Below are positions 62,309 through 64,000 of a DNA stretch of 64,000 bases, in pieces. The stretch lies in the NCBI GenBank assembly GCA_963705505.1, contig CAVPJU010000001.1, positions 257,678 to 321,677 on the forward strand, read 5' to 3'. The notes beneath the pieces were generated by a model. The model saw only the letters and a list, made by a program, of their open reading frames with translations. It was not told the origin of the DNA and ran no database searches. The position numbers and the translations under genes were made by a program. The stretch comes from an uncultured bacterium. GTDB taxonomy: Bacteria; Desulfobacterota_D; UBA1144; Nemesobacterales; UBA2774. Within the stretch, counting starts at the first letter, position 1; every line of letters begins with the position of its first letter.

Positions 62309-64000
62309 TTGGAAAGGGCAATACCTATTAATAGAGTTCGAAATATTGGGATCGTGGCACACATTGATGCCGGTAAGACTACTACGACCGAGCGTATTCT
62401 CTATTATACGGGGCTTACATATAAGATCGGCGAAGTTCATGAAGGCACAGCCACTATGGACTGGATGGAGCAGGAGAGGGAGAGGGGCATTACGATCACT
62501 TCCGCTACCACCACCTGTTTCTGGAAGGACCACAGGATAAATATCATCGACACGCCGGGCCATGTGGACTTCACTATAGAAGTCGAAAGATCGCTCAAGG
62601 TCCTTGACGGAGCGGTCGTCGTTTTCGACTCCGTCGGCGGTGTTGAGCCTCAGTCGGAGACGGTCTGGAAACAGGCTGACAGATACAGAGTGCCGAGGAT
62701 GGCGTTTGTTAACAAGATGGATAAGATAGGGGTTGATTTCGCGAAGGTCGTAGCCCAGATAAAGGAAAGACTGAATGCGAATCCGGTTCCCCTTCATGCG
62801 CCTTACTTCGAAGGCGACACTTTCAAAGGAATAATAGACCTCATAAGAATGAAGCTTGCCCTCTGGGACGAGGAATCCCTGGGACTTCAATACGATTGGG
62901 CGGATATCCCCGGCGACATGCAGCAGACAGGAAGCGGAGGCCGGAAGAGATAAACTCATAGAATCGCTTGCCGATTTCGATGAAGCGATTATGGAAAAAT
63001 ACCTGAACGGGAGAGTTGCGTATCCCAAGAGGAGATAGAGGCTTCGATAAGAAAATCCACAATAGATTTGAAGATCGTGCCCGTAATACTGGGCTCGGCA
63101 TTTAAAAATAAGGGCGTTCAGCTGCTTTTGGATTCGATAGTGAGCTATCTGCCCTCCCCCGTGGATGTCCCTCCGATAGAGGGTATAAACACCGATACGG
63201 GGTCAGGGAGAGGTTAGGTACCCGAAAGACGAAGAGCCCTTCTCGGCTCTTGCTTTTAAAATCATGACCGATCCGTTCGTAGGCCAGCTAACGTACCTGA
63301 GGGTGTATTCGGGAAAGCTGGTTTCGAGCAGCACCGTTTATAACTCCACTAAGGATAAAAGGGAGAAATAGGAAGGCTCGTCAGATGCATTCCAATAAAA
63401 GGGAAGATATAAAAGAGATAGGTGCGGGTGGTATTGCCGCCGCGGTAGGGCTCAAAGTGACGACGACGGGCGATACGTTATGCGATGAGGACAAGCCGAT
63501 CCTTCTCGAGAGTCTCTACTTTGCAGAGCCCGTTATATCGATATCGATCGAGCCCAAGACCAAATCCGACCAGGAGAGGCTGGGCATATCCCTTAATAAA
63601 ATCTCTCTCGAAGACCCCACATTTAAAGTTAAATATGACGATGAAACAGGCCAGACCATAATCTCCGGCATGGGCGAATTGCATCTCGAAATAATCGTTG
63701 ACCGTCTGAGACGCGAGTTTAACGTCGACGCAAACGTAGGCAGGCCGCAGGTCGCGTACAGGGAAACAATCACGGAAGAAGTTCCGATGTCGAGGCGAAG
63801 TTTATAAGACAGACGGGCGGCAGGGGTCAGTACGGCCATGTGAAAATAAAAATGGAGCGCGGTGAGGAAGGGTCAGGCGTCACGTTCGTGGACGAAGTCA
63901 AAGGCGGCACGATACCCAGGGAATATATCCCGGCTGTGGAAAAAGGAATAAAAGAGGCATCCGAGACGGGAGTCGTAGCCGGTTATCCGGTCATAGACGT
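62309..64000 (+). CDS. fusA: Elongation factor G (partial, several frameshifts)
   Basis: [38 protein letters not shown]. Confidence 0.95.

Noticed and set aside
61425..64000. Programmed frameshifting or pseudogenisation of the str operon
   Set aside because: Too many scattered indels in essential genes; assembly error is far more parsimonious

Overview
Bacterial chromosomal window. The gene content looks deltaproteobacterial/Dadabacteria-like, which is inference only. Bases 23-10374 form a ~10.3 kb AT-rich integrative element at a tRNA-Pro(CGG) gene. Its ~98-bp direct repeat duplicates the tRNA promoter and 5' half rather than the usual 3' end, so the orphan promoter copy points into the tyrosine integrase. 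The element carries matching TTCTAACC arm-like repeats at both ends and a small Cys/His protein resembling a stand-alone integrase arm-binding domain, with a TCTAAC palindrome over its own start. It also carries a 1573-aa TPR protein with an N-terminal NDT/TIR-like domain (candidate defence sensor-effector), an iteron-like inverted array, and an SGNH + ATP-grasp cargo pair. Downstream are an IS256 remnant, a secreted repeat protein and an RpoD-like sigma factor (both with sigma54-type promoters), recG, sucBA, an FrhB-like + 2-oxoacid:ferredoxin oxidoreductase operon and a Gld-like ABC system. Next come aspS, three GT-C paralogs around era, two FmdB-like zinc-ribbon proteins with large inserts, a possible structured RNA, hisIE and rpoZ. 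A partly decayed wzm/wzt polysaccharide locus follows, then ssb, glmUS, purD and rpsL-rpsG-fusA. Frameshifts in conserved genes after ~60.5 kb most likely reflect sequencing errors. No CRISPR array was seen.
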